In this document: positions 61,670-64,000 of the stretch, one piece after another | Layout of the letters: every line of letters starts with the position of its first letter | Numbering within the stretch: the first letter of the stretch is position 1 | Source: Octopus bimaculoides | Taxonomy: Eukaryota | Length of the DNA: 64,000 nucleotides | Reading direction: 5' to 3' | Assembly (NCBI RefSeq): GCF_001194135.2 | Contig: NC_068993.1 | Coordinates: 10,628,654 to 10,692,653 of the forward strand | The notes under the pieces: model-generated | Database searches by the model: none | What the model was told of the DNA's origin: nothing | The model's input: only the letters and a program-made list of their open reading frames with translations | Made by a program: the position numbers and the translations under genes

Positions 61670-63262
61670 ATGATGGAAGGTAGTAATAGTAGTAGAGGTG
61701 GTGATGGCGGTGGTAGTAGTAGTAGTTAGGGGTAATTGTAGTAGTAGTAGTAATGGTAGTGGTAGTAGTAATAGCAGTAGAGATGGTGGTGGTGGTGGTA
61801 GTAGTAGTTAGGGATAATTGTAGTAGTAGTAGTAGTAGCAATAGAAGTGGTGGTAGTAGTAATGGTAGTGGTAATAGTAATAGTGGTAGTGGTGGTGGTG
61901 ATGAGTGCAGTGGTTATGTGAAAGTACCACCGTGAGTATGGACACTGTATCACAGCAATTAGTAGTGACAGCGTGGTGATGGTGGTAGTAGAATTAGTGG
62001 CAGAGGTGGTGGTGGTGATGGAAGTGATTGTGATAGTGGTAGTAGCAGTAGTAGTAATAGTGGTGGNNNNNNNNNNTACATATATATATATACATATATA
62101 TATATACATATATATATATATACGGATGTGTTTGGTGCAACAAGTACATGTTTTGCAACTATCTTGCTAATTATTTGATCGTAGCAATAATAGCTAAGAA
62201 CACAGAATACAGAAGCACATGGCTGTTGGAGCTGTGTGCATATGTGTGCGTGGGAGAGGGGGGGGGCGGTGCAAGGTGCTTAATTACCAGTGTTCCTTCA
62301 ACACCAAAATAGAACAAACCTTCCTCTTCCCAAACCCCCAAACGAAATGGAGGACAGGAGACGGTGGCGGGGGGGGGGACGGAGTGGGGAAGAAGGGGTA
62401 GATAAAAGCAAAGGGATATAGAGAAAAAATAAACATTAAGAANNNNNNNNNNNNNNNNNNNNNNNNNNNNNNNNNNNNNNNNNNNNNNNNNNNNNNNNNN
62501 NNNNNNNNNNNNNNNNNNNNNNNNNNNNNNNNNNNNNNNNNNNNNNNNNNNNNNNNNNNNNNNNNNNNNNNNNNNNNNNNNNNNNNNNNNNNNNNNNNNN
62601 NNNNNNNNNNNNNNNNNNNNNNNNNNNNNNNNNNNNNNNNNNNNNNNNNNNNNNNNNNNNNNNNNNNNNNNNNNNNNNNNNNNNNNNNNNNNNNNNNNNN
62701 NNNNNNNNNNNNNNNNNNNNNNNNNNNNNNNNNNNNNNNNNNNNNNNNNNNNNNNNNNNNNNNNNNNNNNNNNNNNNNNNNNNNNNNNNNNNNNNNNNNN
62801 NNNNNNNNNNNNNNNNNNNNNNNNNNNNNNNNNNNNNNNNNNNNNNNNNNNNNNNNNNNNNNNNNNNNNNNNNNNNNNNNNNNNNNNNNNNNNNNNNNNN
62901 NNNNNNNNNNNNNNNNNNNNNNNNNNNNNNNNNNNNNNNNNNNNNNNNNNNNNNNNNNNNNNNNNNNNNNNNNNNNNNNNNNNNNNNNNNNNNNNNNNNN
63001 NNNNNNNNNNNNNNNNNNNNNNNNNNNNNNNNNNNNNNNNNNNNNNNNNNNNNNNNNNNNNNNNNNNNNNNNNNNNNNNNNNNNNNNNNNNNNNNNNNNN
63101 NNNNNNNNNNNNNNNNNNNNNNNNNNNNNNNNNNNNNNNNNNNNNATAGTGGTAGTAGCAGTAGTAGTAATAGTGGTGGTGGTGGTGTGACCTCCAGGGA
63201 TAATGATTGAACACCACCAGTACAATAAAGATTGTATCAAAGTAATTGATGGCAATGTTGCG

Positions 63263-63305
<43 letters not shown>

Positions 63306-63310
63306 CAGTC
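61670..63310. repeat. (GTA)n/(GTG)n trinucleotide-rich tracts around gaps
   Basis: Directly visible at about 61670-62066 and about 63147-63310. Confidence 0.85.
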
Positions 63311-63409
63311 GTGGTGGCATGTAAATCTGATCATGATAATTATACCAGTTGAGACAGAGAACACAGTTGTGACCATAATGATAACGGTTTCAAATTTTGC
63401 CACAAGGGC

Positions 63410-63600
63410 AGAAATTTTGGGTGACGGGACTAGTCAATTACATCAACCCCAGTGTGTAACTGGTACTTAATTTATCAACCCCGAAAAGATGAAATGTAAA
63501 GTTGACCTTGGTGGAATTTGAACTCAGGATGTAGCAACAGGCGAAATACCACTAAGCATTTCATCCGGCGTGCGACTGATTCTGCCAGCTTGCAGCCCTA
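63410..63600 (-). mobile_element. SINE family D
   Basis: CTGGTACTTAATTTATCAACCCCGAAAAGATGAAATGTAAAGTTGACCTTGGTGGAATTTGAACTCAG. Confidence 0.8.
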
Positions 63601-63836
63601 CGTGACCATAATGGTAATCATTATAGTTGTCATTGTTTAACACCAGGCAGTGTTGATCTATCAACCTTTTCTCTATGTTTGTGCACATGTGTACTTATTT
63701 CTGTATGTATTTGTTTGTTTCTGTGTCTGTGTGTGTGTTGTGTGTTGTGTGTATTTCTGTGCTTGTGTGCTTCTGTATATTGTGTTACTGCTGTGTGTGG
63801 TTCTGTATGCATGTGTTTGCTTGTGTGTTTGTTTTC

Positions 63837-63875
<39 letters not shown>

Positions 63876-64000
63876 TGTGTTTCCTTGTGTGTGTGTCTGT
63901 AAGTGAGCAAGTGTGTGTTTTTGCATGCATATGCGTTTCCATGTGTGTGTGTATGTGTTTTCATGTATGCGTGTTTATTTCCATGTATGTGTGTATGTGT

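Noticed and set aside
62360-62400. G-rich tract as a G-quadruplex or promoter
   Set aside because: Irregular G runs beside a gap, with no independent evidence of function.

Overview
Eukaryotic, AT-rich, very repeat-dense non-coding DNA with about 5 kb of assembly N gaps. The SINE/LINE/MITE content points to an octopus (cephalopod) genome, which is my inference from the repeat families. No confident protein-coding gene, rRNA, true tRNA, CRISPR array or prokaryotic system is visible, and nearly all ORF-track entries are translated microsatellites or N gaps. The window contains dozens of tRNA-derived SINEs from at least four modular families, many 5'-truncated RTE LINE tails ending (GAT)n, relics of RTE-BovB and CR1-type LINEs, mariner (DD34D) and DD37D transposase relics, and TA-, TTAA- and 8-bp-TSD MITEs. 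The most interesting signals are (1) two minimal type-I hammerhead-ribozyme folds on the minus strand, one inside a tRNA-headed SINE-like element; (2) a recursive-splice-site/RS-exon-like cassette at 10809-10885 with further AG|GT zero-length-exon motifs, suggesting a giant minus-strand intron; (3) minisatellites born from the RTE 3' UTR; and (4) closely spaced inverted repeat pairs that could form ADAR substrates. All rest on manual reading and need computational or experimental checks.
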